Of a stretch of DNA of 64,000 nt, positions 24,023 to 33,480 are shown piece by piece. The stretch is from a virus (lineage: Duplodnaviria > Caudoviricetes), in IMG/VR virus record IMGVR_UViG_3300033121_001301, positions 1 to 64,000 of that record; one strand, 5' to 3'. The translations under genes and the position numbers were made by a program. Position 1 is the first letter of the stretch; every line of letters begins with the position of its first letter. Under the pieces are notes generated by a model. The model saw only the letters and a list, made by a program, of their open reading frames with translations. It ran no database searches and was not told the origin of the DNA.

Positions 24023-24782
24023 CTGCTAAGTCTATTGCCTCCAGCCAGGCGTTAAGCTTGCATACGTTCTCAGTAAACCCAGGCGAGATGCTCTTAACGA
24101 GAGACAGCATGGATCGCTGTTTCTCGGTCAACGCAGCAACACCAGCCTGGTTAGCAGCGATCTTGTCAGCCACATTCACGCCATCGCGAGCCTGTTGGTT
24201 AACAAAGTCATTCCACTTGTTGTAGAAATTATGCAATGCTTCTAGCTGCTTAGTCAACGACAATGTTGCAGAAGCAGACTCAGCAGCTGGTGCCTCACCG
24301 GTGACTGCTTTCACCTCAGCTTGAAGCTTTCGACAGGTCCAATCCTCTTCAGCACATGTCACTGCCACCGAGTCACGCTCAGATTCGTTCTTGATTCGGA
24401 GCAGAAAACGAACGTGAGTTGGTGTCCAAGTATAGGTCTTCGCATCCTTGGTTTTGAGCTCTTTCAGCTGATCAAAGCCAGCATCATCGTAGGCTTCAGC
24501 AAACCTGATCGCGAATTGGATCTTTTGCTTGTAGGTGCTCAGCTTCTTGGCTACTTCGGCTGTGATCTTGGGACCATAAAGATCCTGACCTTTGGCATCC
24601 ACTAACTGGACACCCACAGCATGGATGGCTTCAAGCTCGACGTTCTCGCTGTTTCCCAGCAGTTGCTTAACACTCTCACAGAGGTTCTCAACTGCCTTTT
24701 CCCTCTCTTCAGCTTTGGTGGTCAGCTCGTCGACAGCCTTGGCTACCTCTTCCATGACCGGTGCTTTTGCTTGCTTTGCCAT
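24006..24782 (-). CDS. Protein with DUF1016/YhcG N-terminal-like helical domain
   Basis: TWTPTHVRFLLRIKNESERDSVAVTCAEEDWTCRKLQAEVK resembles the LSWSH..LL.......R......A....WS.R.L pattern. RBS AGGAAACAGG. Confidence 0.7.
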   Translation of the reverse strand: MAKQAKAPVMEEVAKAVDELTTKAEEREKAVENLCESVKQLLGNSENVELEAIHAVGVQLVDAKGQDLYGPKITAEVAKKLSTYKQKIQFAIRFAEAYDDAGFDQLKELKTKDAKTYTWTPTHVRFLLRIKNESERDSVAVTCAEEDWTCRKLQAEVKAVTGEAPAAESASATLSLTKQLEALHNFYNKWNDFVNQQARDGVNVADKIAANQAGVAALTEKQRSMLSLVKSISPGFTENVCKLNAWLEAIDLADANAK

Positions 24783-24794
24783 GCCTGTTTCCTG

Positions 24795-25517
24795 TTAACT
24801 GCGTGTAAGACTGCATTTTATAAAAAAAAGGAACTGAGATCGATGTTTCCAAGTGGAAACATTGTGAGCCACCCTGGCTGGTGGAGGGGCAGGTTGAGCG
24901 CCACAAGAGTAAAGAGCTGTCTTCCTCACCTGCCAGGACTCTCGCTTCTTAAGCCTGACACTGAATCCTCGCTTGGCTCCAAATCGCTTAAGGTGAATTT
25001 GAAGATCCTCGCTGTCCCCCTCCAGTAGCATTTGAAATCGCACGTCTTGAATGTCAGCAAGATAGCGAAGCACCGTCGAAGGGAAAGCAACAACTGAACC
25101 CGGTGAAGAAACTCCTCGAACAATTCGAGAAGGAATTGCAACACTGGTACCCAGTTTTGAGCCTGGAACAAACCTCTTGATTGCCTTGGATCCTGTCGCT
25201 TCTTCTACCAACAACTGCAATGGCTGATCCTTAAGCTTCTTCAGCTTTTTGTTAAGGTAAGGCAGAGTAGCCAGCATAGATACTCTAGCCCACTCCCATG
25301 GCAACTTAGCCATAGCAGTAGCATAAGGCTTTGATATCGATTTACAGAGATCGAAGACTACATGGCTGTTCCAGTATTTACCTTCAGAGTCAGCATGATT
25401 GAAAACAGTCTCATCTAGCTTCACTAAAGGTAGAAACTCTAAACCTAGCTCATCTCCCACAGCTTTTTGGATACAGTCTGTGACAAGAAGCCGTTCAGCG
25501 GGCAGATTAAATAGCAC
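24795..25517 (-). CDS. Hypothetical protein
   Basis: 240-aa ORF in the replication operon. Confidence 0.7.
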   Translation of the reverse strand: MLFNLPAERLLVTDCIQKAVGDELGLEFLPLVKLDETVFNHADSEGKYWNSHVVFDLCKSISKPYATAMAKLPWEWARVSMLATLPYLNKKLKKLKDQPLQLLVEEATGSKAIKRFVPGSKLGTSVAIPSRIVRGVSSPGSVVAFPSTVLRYLADIQDVRFQMLLEGDSEDLQIHLKRFGAKRGFSVRLKKRESWQVRKTALYSCGAQPAPPPARVAHNVSTWKHRSQFLFFIKCSLTRS

Positions 25518-25990
25518 TGTCCATCCCCTTTCAGAGATGTGGAGACATAACCAGAGAAATGACGGTTAAGTGGGAACTCCCTTTTCCCCACCACTGAAAG
25601 ACCTGGAAGTAGTTCCAGATCAGTAATCAACCATTGGCCGTTTTGATCAGCACCAAACAGTTGAACTGCTTCACCCAGGTCAGATTTATCCAACCACTCA
25701 AAGCTCAGAGTGGTTACTCGCTTTACCTTGTTTCGAAACTGGTAAGCTGTGAATCTGGGCAGCTCAGGAATAAGCTCAATCAGGCAAGTGAGACGAAGAT
25801 TGTCGTCAGCATGCCTTTCTTTTGAGAAGCGATAAGCGAGCTTCTTTGGCACTTTATAGTGACTAAGAATCTCTGTTACGCACCTGCTCTCGAACAAACA
25901 TGCTAACCGGTGAGCTTGTTCTTGTTGAAGGAACTTGTCACCGGTTAGCACATCATCCGAGAAAGAAAGATCGTCAATCGGATTTGACAT
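25445..25990 (-). CDS. Hypothetical protein
   Basis: 181-aa ORF in the replication operon. Confidence 0.7.
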   Translation of the reverse strand: MSNPIDDLSFSDDVLTGDKFLQQEQAHRLACLFESRCVTEILSHYKVPKKLAYRFSKERHADDNLRLTCLIELIPELPRFTAYQFRNKVKRVTTLSFEWLDKSDLGEAVQLFGADQNGQWLITDLELLPGLSVVGKREFPLNRHFSGYVSTSLKGDGQCYLICPLNGFLSQTVSKKLWEMS

Positions 25991-26008
25991 CGAATAACTC
26001 TAAACGGG

Positions 26009-27298
26009 CTACGCTGGAGGAACTGTCTCGAGTTCACCATGATTAGTCAACTCTGACAGATTAGCTGTAGCACTCGGAATAGCTGAAGATGGAGCAGCTA
26101 CAGGTTCGTACTTGATACGAGGAACGAAGTAGGGGTGCTCGTAGATGTTCAGGACAGTTCTGAGCGACTGCCTGATTTCTGGATCAGTGTTGATTCGCTT
26201 ACCCATCTCAGAAGCTGATACGGCTTCCGATTCTGGAATACCCAAGGCTTTGCAGTGGTATCTGCCACCTGAGATGGCTTGGATATTGCAAATGCTTTTG
26301 ATCCCTTTCATGGTCTCAGCTGAGAAGTTCTCAGAATCGATCAACAGCATGGTTGTCGCTTCATCCCAGTCCCACCAGGTAACTTGCCTGTTTTCAAGCT
26401 CGTCGTGACTCCAGTAGAGACCACAGACAAGAGAGCGGAACCCCTTAGTTCCAGCAAGTGTATTCTTGGGGAGCGAGAACCGTACTTTCTGACCTTTCAC
26501 GTCAACTGTGTCTGTCTTGCCTGCATTGGCCATAAACAGATTGATTGCTGACATATACGCCAACTTTTGACCACCAGAAGCTATCTGCTTGGGTGGGCCA
26601 AAGCTAGGCATCTGACCTTGCTGCTGATTGACATAGGTGTGAGTCGTGCCAACCAAAGTGATTGGATTACCCGACAACTTGTGGTTAGAGTACACTCTCA
26701 ACCAGTCGCCAATCAGTTTTGCTTCTGTTGCATAAGACGAAGTAGCAAAGCCCTCTTCAAGAATGGATTTCGTCTTAGCCTTGCACAGAGCACCAACATA
26801 CGAGTCAACACCGAAACAGATGGGAACGGTGTACTCGGGATTCTTATCGAAAAGCTTCAGAACACGATCTGTAGCCTTCATAATGTAAGCCTGCCAATCC
26901 TCCAGGATTTTGCATGGCCGAAACTCAAAGGCTTTTTGGTCATATTTAACGATGCTGTTGCGAAGAGTCTGAGAGTCTTTATCGCCCTCAGTACATCCAA
27001 CACCACCACGCCCACCCAGCAGTCTGTGCCAACGAATCATCTCGTATAGCATAGCTGTCTTACCGACATGCGGTTCAGCTGTCAGACCCCAAGAGCGGCT
27101 CAATGGACAACCATTGACACCAAACAACCACTCCAGGCAGAAACCTGGGAATGGGATCACCAGCGTGTGGTTGGTGAAGTCAGCATCGATCTTACGAGAA
27201 CCATGCTCGTAAGCCTGCTGAGACAACACACCATCCATAGCTGCATCTAGCTCTGAGCTAGTAGGTATCGCTGTTTCAACTTTCTTCTTCTTTGCCAT
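26009..27298 (-). CDS. recA: RecA/UvsX-like recombinase
   Basis: Walker A variant AEPHVGKT, Walker B region FGVDS, and GGQKLAYMSAINL (RecA GG..L.FY.S.R motif). Confidence 0.85.
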   Translation of the reverse strand: MAKKKKVETAIPTSSELDAAMDGVLSQQAYEHGSRKIDADFTNHTLVIPFPGFCLEWLFGVNGCPLSRSWGLTAEPHVGKTAMLYEMIRWHRLLGGRGGVGCTEGDKDSQTLRNSIVKYDQKAFEFRPCKILEDWQAYIMKATDRVLKLFDKNPEYTVPICFGVDSYVGALCKAKTKSILEEGFATSSYATEAKLIGDWLRVYSNHKLSGNPITLVGTTHTYVNQQQGQMPSFGPPKQIASGGQKLAYMSAINLFMANAGKTDTVDVKGQKVRFSLPKNTLAGTKGFRSLVCGLYWSHDELENRQVTWWDWDEATTMLLIDSENFSAETMKGIKSICNIQAISGGRYHCKALGIPESEAVSASEMGKRINTDPEIRQSLRTVLNIYEHPYFVPRIKYEPVAAPSSAIPSATANLSELTNHGELETVPPA

Positions 27299-27314
27299 CG
27301 ACCTCTCCCAAAGA

Positions 27315-27338
27315 AGAGGGGGTCAATTGACCCCCTCT
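27315..27338. terminator. Perfect 24-bp palindrome; probable terminator/attenuator between SSB and RecA genes
   Basis: AGAGGGGGTCAA|TTGACCCCCTCT, followed on the minus strand by TCTTT and the recA RBS. Confidence 0.6.
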
Positions 27339-27352
27339 CGTACCAACAGGAA

Positions 27353-29116
27353 CTACTGAGCTGCTTGCTGAAGCTGAGCCAGATTACTCAGACCACTGCT
27401 GATTCCAGCTGGGTTAATAGCAGGAGTTGGCAGAGGTGCTGGATTTACTGGCACAGCATGAGGGAAGTCAGCAACAGGGTTAGTTCCAGCAAAAGCTGCA
27501 TCAACCACCGGAGGGGTGGCAACAGTTGGCTGGTCTGGGGCAGTTGGCCAAGGTCCAGTAGCTACAGCAGGCGCTGGTACACCACTGGTAAATCCAGCTG
27601 GAGCTGCGGCGGCAGCGGGATTAAAGCCTGCCATTGGGGGAACGCCCGCAGGAGCTCCTGGGAAGCCTGCTGGGGGAGCTGCATTGGCTGGATTCACCTG
27701 AGCAGGCTGAACCGCTGGTTGTTGCTGCACAAACGGTGCAGGCTGGCCAGCTGGCTGCGTGGGAGTAAATCCACCTGGAGCCGCAGCTGGAGCCATAGCT
27801 GGAGCAGGAGCATAACCGCTCTGAGGTGGAAAGCCAGGTACACCAGGCTGTTGCCAAGCTGCAGCGGCAGCTGGTGGCTGAGTGCCGTGCGGGATAAATG
27901 GCGCAGCGGCAGGCTGAGCATATGTTTGACCAGACACCGGTGGGTGGATTGGAGCTGCACCAGGTGTGTTGGCATTGATTGAAGTGTGCTCGTAAGCAAT
28001 CTGGCGAAGTTCGTCAGTGATGAAGTGAGGATACTTCTCCCAGGCGTACATCAAGACTTCTGGGTTGAACTGCCGATAGATAGTTTTCGCCTGATCCAGC
28101 GGAGACATGACCTGGATGATCTCGTCCAGAGGCACATAGCGATCGCGAATCATGTTGTACAAGAACGCATGTGGCTCTGGGTAGTTTAGCTTAGCTGGGA
28201 AGTTGCTGTTATCTTGAGGATAGCCAGGCAACGTTTTAGTGAAGAACCCAGAGTAACCAGCTTGTGGTTGCTGATTGTTAGTGGAAGTCTGCTGATAAAC
28301 AGCCAGACTGTCGAGATTGGAGGCAGCTTGCCGAGGATCAGTACCAATCTTAAACACATGGAGAAAACGACCGAAATGAGTGCTAACAGGGTCACCATTT
28401 TCGAGCGAGTTCTCGAAGTCGTCAGGGTTACCCTGATAGTTTGGCTTAGCCTTGCCCATCTCTTTGATGACGCAGTCTTGCCAGAAGGCTGAGGAAAACT
28501 CGCCAACAATGGCGGTATCACCTTCTCGAACACCAATCGGTGGACCGTCGTTGAACACCTTGTTGCCAAAGCTGTGCTGATAAACCAGCACGTAGCAGAT
28601 GTAGATGGAAGTCAGGTAGGGAAGATCCGCTCCCTTGCCTGTTGAACCCTTGATCAGACCACTCCAGTAGTGAGGAACCACTGGGCCACCGTGGAACAGG
28701 CGACGACCGTCAGGGAAAGCACCATTAGCCTTCTCTGCGTACTGCACCGCTCGCTGAATCTCATTACGCAGAATCACCAGAGGGTTGGTGTTCTTATCCC
28801 AGGACTTGTTGATCTGGGGATTGTTGAGATAGATGGTGGGTTTGTTGTTACCGCAACCAATCGACTTTACTGCCGGGTAAGAGCGGAACCACGGAGAATA
28901 CCGGACACCGAGACGGAAAGGCACCTCTGAATAAGGTGTCGTCTCTGTGTCGAAGCAGGGAAGCAAGCGGAAGATAGTAACCTTACCATCGTAGCTTGGG
29001 GAAACGATCTTGATGGGATACTTCGAATTAAAATTGATCCCACTGCGACCACTGGACTCTACCTGATTGGCACCAGCGTCGTTGTCTGAAGTGAAGAACC
29101 GATCCATACCAGCCAT
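27353..29116 (-). CDS. Putative gp32-like single-stranded DNA-binding protein with long Pro/Ala/Gln-rich tail
   Basis: VTIFRLLP resembles gp32-type IRFLP. Position between polymerase and recombinase. About 200 C-terminal residues are low complexity. Confidence 0.55.
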   Translation of the reverse strand: MAGMDRFFTSDNDAGANQVESSGRSGINFNSKYPIKIVSPSYDGKVTIFRLLPCFDTETTPYSEVPFRLGVRYSPWFRSYPAVKSIGCGNNKPTIYLNNPQINKSWDKNTNPLVILRNEIQRAVQYAEKANGAFPDGRRLFHGGPVVPHYWSGLIKGSTGKGADLPYLTSIYICYVLVYQHSFGNKVFNDGPPIGVREGDTAIVGEFSSAFWQDCVIKEMGKAKPNYQGNPDDFENSLENGDPVSTHFGRFLHVFKIGTDPRQAASNLDSLAVYQQTSTNNQQPQAGYSGFFTKTLPGYPQDNSNFPAKLNYPEPHAFLYNMIRDRYVPLDEIIQVMSPLDQAKTIYRQFNPEVLMYAWEKYPHFITDELRQIAYEHTSINANTPGAAPIHPPVSGQTYAQPAAAPFIPHGTQPPAAAAAWQQPGVPGFPPQSGYAPAPAMAPAAAPGGFTPTQPAGQPAPFVQQQPAVQPAQVNPANAAPPAGFPGAPAGVPPMAGFNPAAAAAPAGFTSGVPAPAVATGPWPTAPDQPTVATPPVVDAAFAGTNPVADFPHAVPVNPAPLPTPAINPAGISSGLSNLAQLQQAAQ

Positions 29117-29181
29117 GCGAAACTCCTCAATGAAGGTTTGATTTTGTAGGTGAAAAAAGTCAAACGACTAGTGAACAGCAT

Positions 29182-32100
29182 TTAAGCCGCTTTGGCTTTT
29201 GGTGCTTTGCCGTAAGAACGGCTGATTTTTAATCTGTCACAATCATCATGAGACAAATCAATGCCCCACTTTTCATAGACGTGAATGTCCAGATCGAACT
29301 GGCACAACTTATCTGACACCTTCTTTCCATCATCATCAACAGCGTAGAACTGCACTGCTTTGGACAAACAAGTGGGCAGAACATGCTTCACGTATCTATC
29401 CAGACTCTCGGTAGCACACTCAGCTATCGCCGCATCGTGAATCTGATTGCAGATGCGATAGTTGAGATTCGTTTCAATAGCTCGTCGATACTTTCTCAAG
29501 TTATAAAGTCCAAGAGACATAGCTCGAGCTACTGAGCCCTGAATACGGAAATTACCAGCTTCACGCTTGGCATCTTCCACAGCCTTCCGATCATCACCAA
29601 TAATGGTGAATCGACGGATGCCACCAAGCGCGTCACGAAGGTAACCAGGAGCAGTAACGCGGTTCTTGGTCTTTTCGAGGAAAGGCAACAACTTGGGATA
29701 GCGAGCGAAAATACCATCTCGAATCTTCCCAGCGTCGTCTACAGAGATCTCGATTCCACTTTCTTCTTTCACAGCCATCACGACTGCTTCCATACCACGA
29801 CCGTATGGAATACCGAACACAATCGTCTTCACAGCATCGCGAAAAGCGCTTTTCCCGGCATCCTTCAAAGCAGACTTCTTTGGTGGAAGATCCAGCTTGA
29901 AGATTTCCACGGCAAAACTGCTGTGAATATCAAAGTAGTCAGGATGGTTCTCATCCAAACCGCTTCTACGAACGTGCTCAATCATCAACTCGTCGCCAGA
30001 TAGCCAGGCCATCATGGCTAGCTCGGCTCCGATGAAGTCAGCCTCTACCAACACCGTACCAGGTCGAGCAATGAACAAGCTTCGAATAGGCTGGAAACCA
30101 GCTCCCACTATTCGCTTGTAATCCTTGTCCCTCTTCTTCGATATGGCCATCAAGTTGGGCTTGGCAGAGCTGGCTCGACCAGTTTCCTTCGTCTGCCAAT
30201 AGAGACTGTGAACAGCACCATCGCTACACACGTAGTCTAACAGACCACGTTGCATGACATCCTCATGCTGCTCATCATCAGCTGCTGCAATAGCTGCATC
30301 AGTGATGTCCACACCGCTGTCGGTGTCGTTGTAAAGGATGTTACCTTCTGACACTTCTCTCAGGGCTGTGTTCAAAGCCTGATTGATGAAGTTGTAATCC
30401 AGCAGTCTCTTTACTGTTGGATTGGTGTGAGCAAAAATACCCAGCGTCTCTTTAGCTGTAGATGGTGAGTAAGAAGCTACCAGGTTTTCTTTTACAATCT
30501 TGTCCCACATCATAGCGCCTTTACCAGACGCTTTCATGGGAGTAAGCCCAAGAGTCAGAGCTCCCTCTGGTCGAGTCTTTACCACAGACCCGTCTTCAGC
30601 TGGCTTCTTGCCATTGAGAGCTTCACCGAAGAGCATCTCTCTCTTCTGGTTCACGCTATTAGGATTGAAATCAGGCCACTTAAGCTCTTGCCTCAACTCA
30701 CCCAACACTCTCGTCTTCGCTTCGACAAACTTCTCTCTGAGAGCTGTACAAGCCTTGTTGTCGAAAAGAATACCAGTCTCTTCCATCTCCATGAAAGCAC
30801 TCATTGCCATCATGGAAATCCAGAAGTGCTGCCTGGAGTTCAAACCGAAAGTCGGGTCAGCATCCAGATAGCCTGGCCTGACACACTGATGCGGCTCTGG
30901 ACCAGTCCACACCCCGTCGAACAACTCAGCCAGCCTGAACGTCACATCAACGTCTTTGGCACCATAGGGATAGAGAACCTCATCGGGCATGAAGCCGAAA
31001 GGAATCTTCTTGTCTCGAAGTTCATGGATCTTCGTATCCCATCGAGGAACACCCAGGTACAGAACACCCAGTGATTCGAGCTCGAATGGCCCAGTCTCCC
31101 TGACAGCGTGAGCTGCCAACATGGTGTCAAACGCACCCTGAACCCTGGTCATTGCTGGGCCATGCAGGATACCCAGCTCGGGTGGGTAAAGCATTTCCTC
31201 AATGTCCAAGCCTCGTTCCATCAGTGGTTTACGCAACCACATGCCATCAGACTTGATGCTATGACCAGTCAGTCTGGGCTTCACCGTGTTGATCAACCTG
31301 ACCAATGGTGCATAAGGATCACCATCGAAGGTGTACTCCCCTTTATCATTGGTCAGAGCAATAACAGCTGCGTGTTTAGCCATCCAACTGATCTGATAGC
31401 AGCGAAGGAAGGCTCCTGGATCAATAGGGAGGCGACCAAACCACTCAGCATCAAGAGCTAGCTTGGTTGGAGCAACTGCTATGATGTGATCTACCAGAGC
31501 GTTCAGCTCTTTCTCTGAGCGAATCACGTAGTAGTGCAAGCCAGTCTCTTCGATCATCGAAGCACCAGTCTCTATCAGATCCTTGAATTGACGGATCGAC
31601 AGTTGAAACTGGTTAAGCTTGGCAGCTTGCTTTGCCAAAGCACTGGGATGCAAACAGACAACTGCCTTAGCTGTCTTCTTGCTAGTAGAATCCCCTGGCA
31701 CCGTGAGATACTCGTAGTCGTAAGTGAGACCATAAGCTCGATCAACGGTGACTCCGAGAAGTTCCTTGGAAGCTTCACCACCCAGACAAAGAATGAAATC
31801 AGGTTGCACAATAGCCAGCTCTGCTTCCAGAGTTGTCTTGCACATCTTGATCCACGGCTTGGGTAAAGCACCTGAGAAATTATCGGGTGGTGCAAACTTC
31901 ACCAGATTGGTGATGTACCAATCGTCTACAGGAAGGTTGAGCATGGCGAACTGCTCTTTCAGCAGCCTGCCAGAGTTGGAAACAAAGTTCCTACCCTTGG
32001 ATGCGTCATCCTTACCTGGTGTCTTGCTGACGATCATTACCCTGGCTGGAGCTGGACCAGCTTGAGTGCCACCCCAGGTGTGACCTGGTACAAACTTCAC

Positions 32101-32394
32101 ATCAAGTGTCTGATTCTTGTAGACAGTGTCGATGTGGAAGTTGGTGGAATAAAGAGCAGAAGCGTAGATCATCGCTCTTGTTGAATCAACATCGGGGGAA
32201 TCAACTAGCCCCTTGTTGGTCTTTTCGAATGGCTTGTTTTGAAGATTGAGCAAGCTCTCAACAGCTTTATCGAAATAGGCATCTGGTAAGTGCCTGTAAA
32301 AATCAGGCAAGAACCACTCTGAAGTGCTACGTTGAACCAAATTGATGGACTTGTTCATGTAGCTAGGTAACGATTGCTGGTTGGACACTGGCAT
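29182..32394 (-). CDS. polA: Family A DNA polymerase with N-terminal uracil-DNA glycosylase-like domain and 3'-5' exonuclease
   Basis: UDG-like TPG..D...GRNFV..SG.LL, YITNLVK..PP and HPSAL. Exo motifs LDAEW, GHSIKSD, YGAKD. Pol motifs TGRASS..PNL, ADFIGAEL, RDAVKTIVFGIPYG, QIHD. Start at ATG 32394 after GGGAG. Confidence 0.95.
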   Translation of the reverse strand: MPVSNQQSLPSYMNKSINLVQRSTSEWFLPDFYRHLPDAYFDKAVESLLNLQNKPFEKTNKGLVDSPDVDSTRAMIYASALYSTNFHIDTVYKNQTLDVKFVPGHTWGGTQAGPAPARVMIVSKTPGKDDASKGRNFVSNSGRLLKEQFAMLNLPVDDWYITNLVKFAPPDNFSGALPKPWIKMCKTTLEAELAIVQPDFILCLGGEASKELLGVTVDRAYGLTYDYEYLTVPGDSTSKKTAKAVVCLHPSALAKQAAKLNQFQLSIRQFKDLIETGASMIEETGLHYYVIRSEKELNALVDHIIAVAPTKLALDAEWFGRLPIDPGAFLRCYQISWMAKHAAVIALTNDKGEYTFDGDPYAPLVRLINTVKPRLTGHSIKSDGMWLRKPLMERGLDIEEMLYPPELGILHGPAMTRVQGAFDTMLAAHAVRETGPFELESLGVLYLGVPRWDTKIHELRDKKIPFGFMPDEVLYPYGAKDVDVTFRLAELFDGVWTGPEPHQCVRPGYLDADPTFGLNSRQHFWISMMAMSAFMEMEETGILFDNKACTALREKFVEAKTRVLGELRQELKWPDFNPNSVNQKREMLFGEALNGKKPAEDGSVVKTRPEGALTLGLTPMKASGKGAMMWDKIVKENLVASYSPSTAKETLGIFAHTNPTVKRLLDYNFINQALNTALREVSEGNILYNDTDSGVDITDAAIAAADDEQHEDVMQRGLLDYVCSDGAVHSLYWQTKETGRASSAKPNLMAISKKRDKDYKRIVGAGFQPIRSLFIARPGTVLVEADFIGAELAMMAWLSGDELMIEHVRRSGLDENHPDYFDIHSSFAVEIFKLDLPPKKSALKDAGKSAFRDAVKTIVFGIPYGRGMEAVVMAVKEESGIEISVDDAGKIRDGIFARYPKLLPFLEKTKNRVTAPGYLRDALGGIRRFTIIGDDRKAVEDAKREAGNFRIQGSVARAMSLGLYNLRKYRRAIETNLNYRICNQIHDAAIAECATESLDRYVKHVLPTCLSKAVQFYAVDDDGKKVSDKLCQFDLDIHVYEKWGIDLSHDDCDRLKISRSYGKAPKAKAA

Positions 32395-33463
32395 TCTCTC
32401 CCTGAAAATAGTCAAACACATTAATTCCCTGCTTCTTGCAGGAGTCGTGAATAGCCTGCCACGACCTCTCTTCGCCCAAAGTGCCTGGATCATCAGTGAA
32501 AGGTATTTCAGCTCGAACAATGGGAGTGTCACAGTTAGACTTCAGTTGAATGAAGATCTTCTGTGATTCCTTTACTGCTGAGCCGTCGACCATCACCACA
32601 ATCAAACAGTCATCTCCCCAATACGTTCGCAACAACTGCATTTGATCATGGGAAAGAGACTTGCTCCACAAAGCTACACTTCGAGTCCCTACTGTCCACA
32701 CACTGCTTGGCCCTTCAACTACCACAACTATTCGACTGCGCCTGGCAACATCGAAATTGTAAAGGTACTTGCTTCGAGCCATTCGTCGCATGGTTCGGTA
32801 CTTGGGGCACTCTGGAGTCCAAACCCTGTCCCCGATGTACCTGCACTGATAGCCAACCAACCTTCCCTCAAAGGACATGGGAATGTAGATTCGATTCAAA
32901 CAGTCAACATGGTGTCCCCAGCTCACTGTGGTGACATAGCCGATGTTGTACCAGTCTACCAGGTTTTGAATGTTGTAACCTCGACCAGTCAGGTACGAAA
33001 TGCAAGGTTGAAGGGGATTCATATCCTTTAACGAGATCACCGTACCCGGTGGCTCTGGTATCAGCGGCTTTTCATTGATAGCGTTGTCTGAAGGTGCAAC
33101 GATACCAGAAACACCAAACCACGGTGTGTCACCGTAAGTCATGGTGTGGAATTGTGATCGCTTCTCTGGATCAGAGAAACAATTCTCTTCGTTAAAACAC
33201 TTGATCATGTCGTCAACACTGCGGGCTGCATCTGCGTCCCACTGCATCCACATGTGATTGACGTACAATCTGCCTTTTGCGTCTCCACAATAAGGGCAAT
33301 TCAGGCGATATGCCTCACCATTGACTGTACCCAAACCTCGAGAACGTCTGCCTGTAATGGGGTCTAATTGCCACACTGGTCGATACGTTTCATTAGGTCT
33401 TACAATCTGCACATCACCAAACTTAGCCTTTAATCGTGCAAACAGTTCTGGGTTGAGAGCCAC
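32363..33463 (-). CDS. dnaG: DnaG-like DNA primase
   Basis: Zn-binding CPYCGD...C, RIYIPM...GRLVGYQCR, TOPRIM VVVVEG. Lies between helicase and polymerase. Acidic motifs are atypical. Confidence 0.8.
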   Translation of the reverse strand: MALNPELFARLKAKFGDVQIVRPNETYRPVWQLDPITGRRSRGLGTVNGEAYRLNCPYCGDAKGRLYVNHMWMQWDADAARSVDDMIKCFNEENCFSDPEKRSQFHTMTYGDTPWFGVSGIVAPSDNAINEKPLIPEPPGTVISLKDMNPLQPCISYLTGRGYNIQNLVDWYNIGYVTTVSWGHHVDCLNRIYIPMSFEGRLVGYQCRYIGDRVWTPECPKYRTMRRMARSKYLYNFDVARRSRIVVVVEGPSSVWTVGTRSVALWSKSLSHDQMQLLRTYWGDDCLIVVMVDGSAVKESQKIFIQLKSNCDTPIVRAEIPFTDDPGTLGEERSWQAIHDSCKKQGINVFDYFQGENASVQPAIVT

Positions 33464-33480
33464 AACTGTATCTCCGATCG

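Noticed and set aside
32395-32532. ORF-track 5' extensions (polymerase to 32532, SF2 helicase to 37432, SbcD to 40607, portal from 51243, and others)
   Set aside because: They overlap upstream genes or a terminator, and downstream ATGs have clear RBSs.
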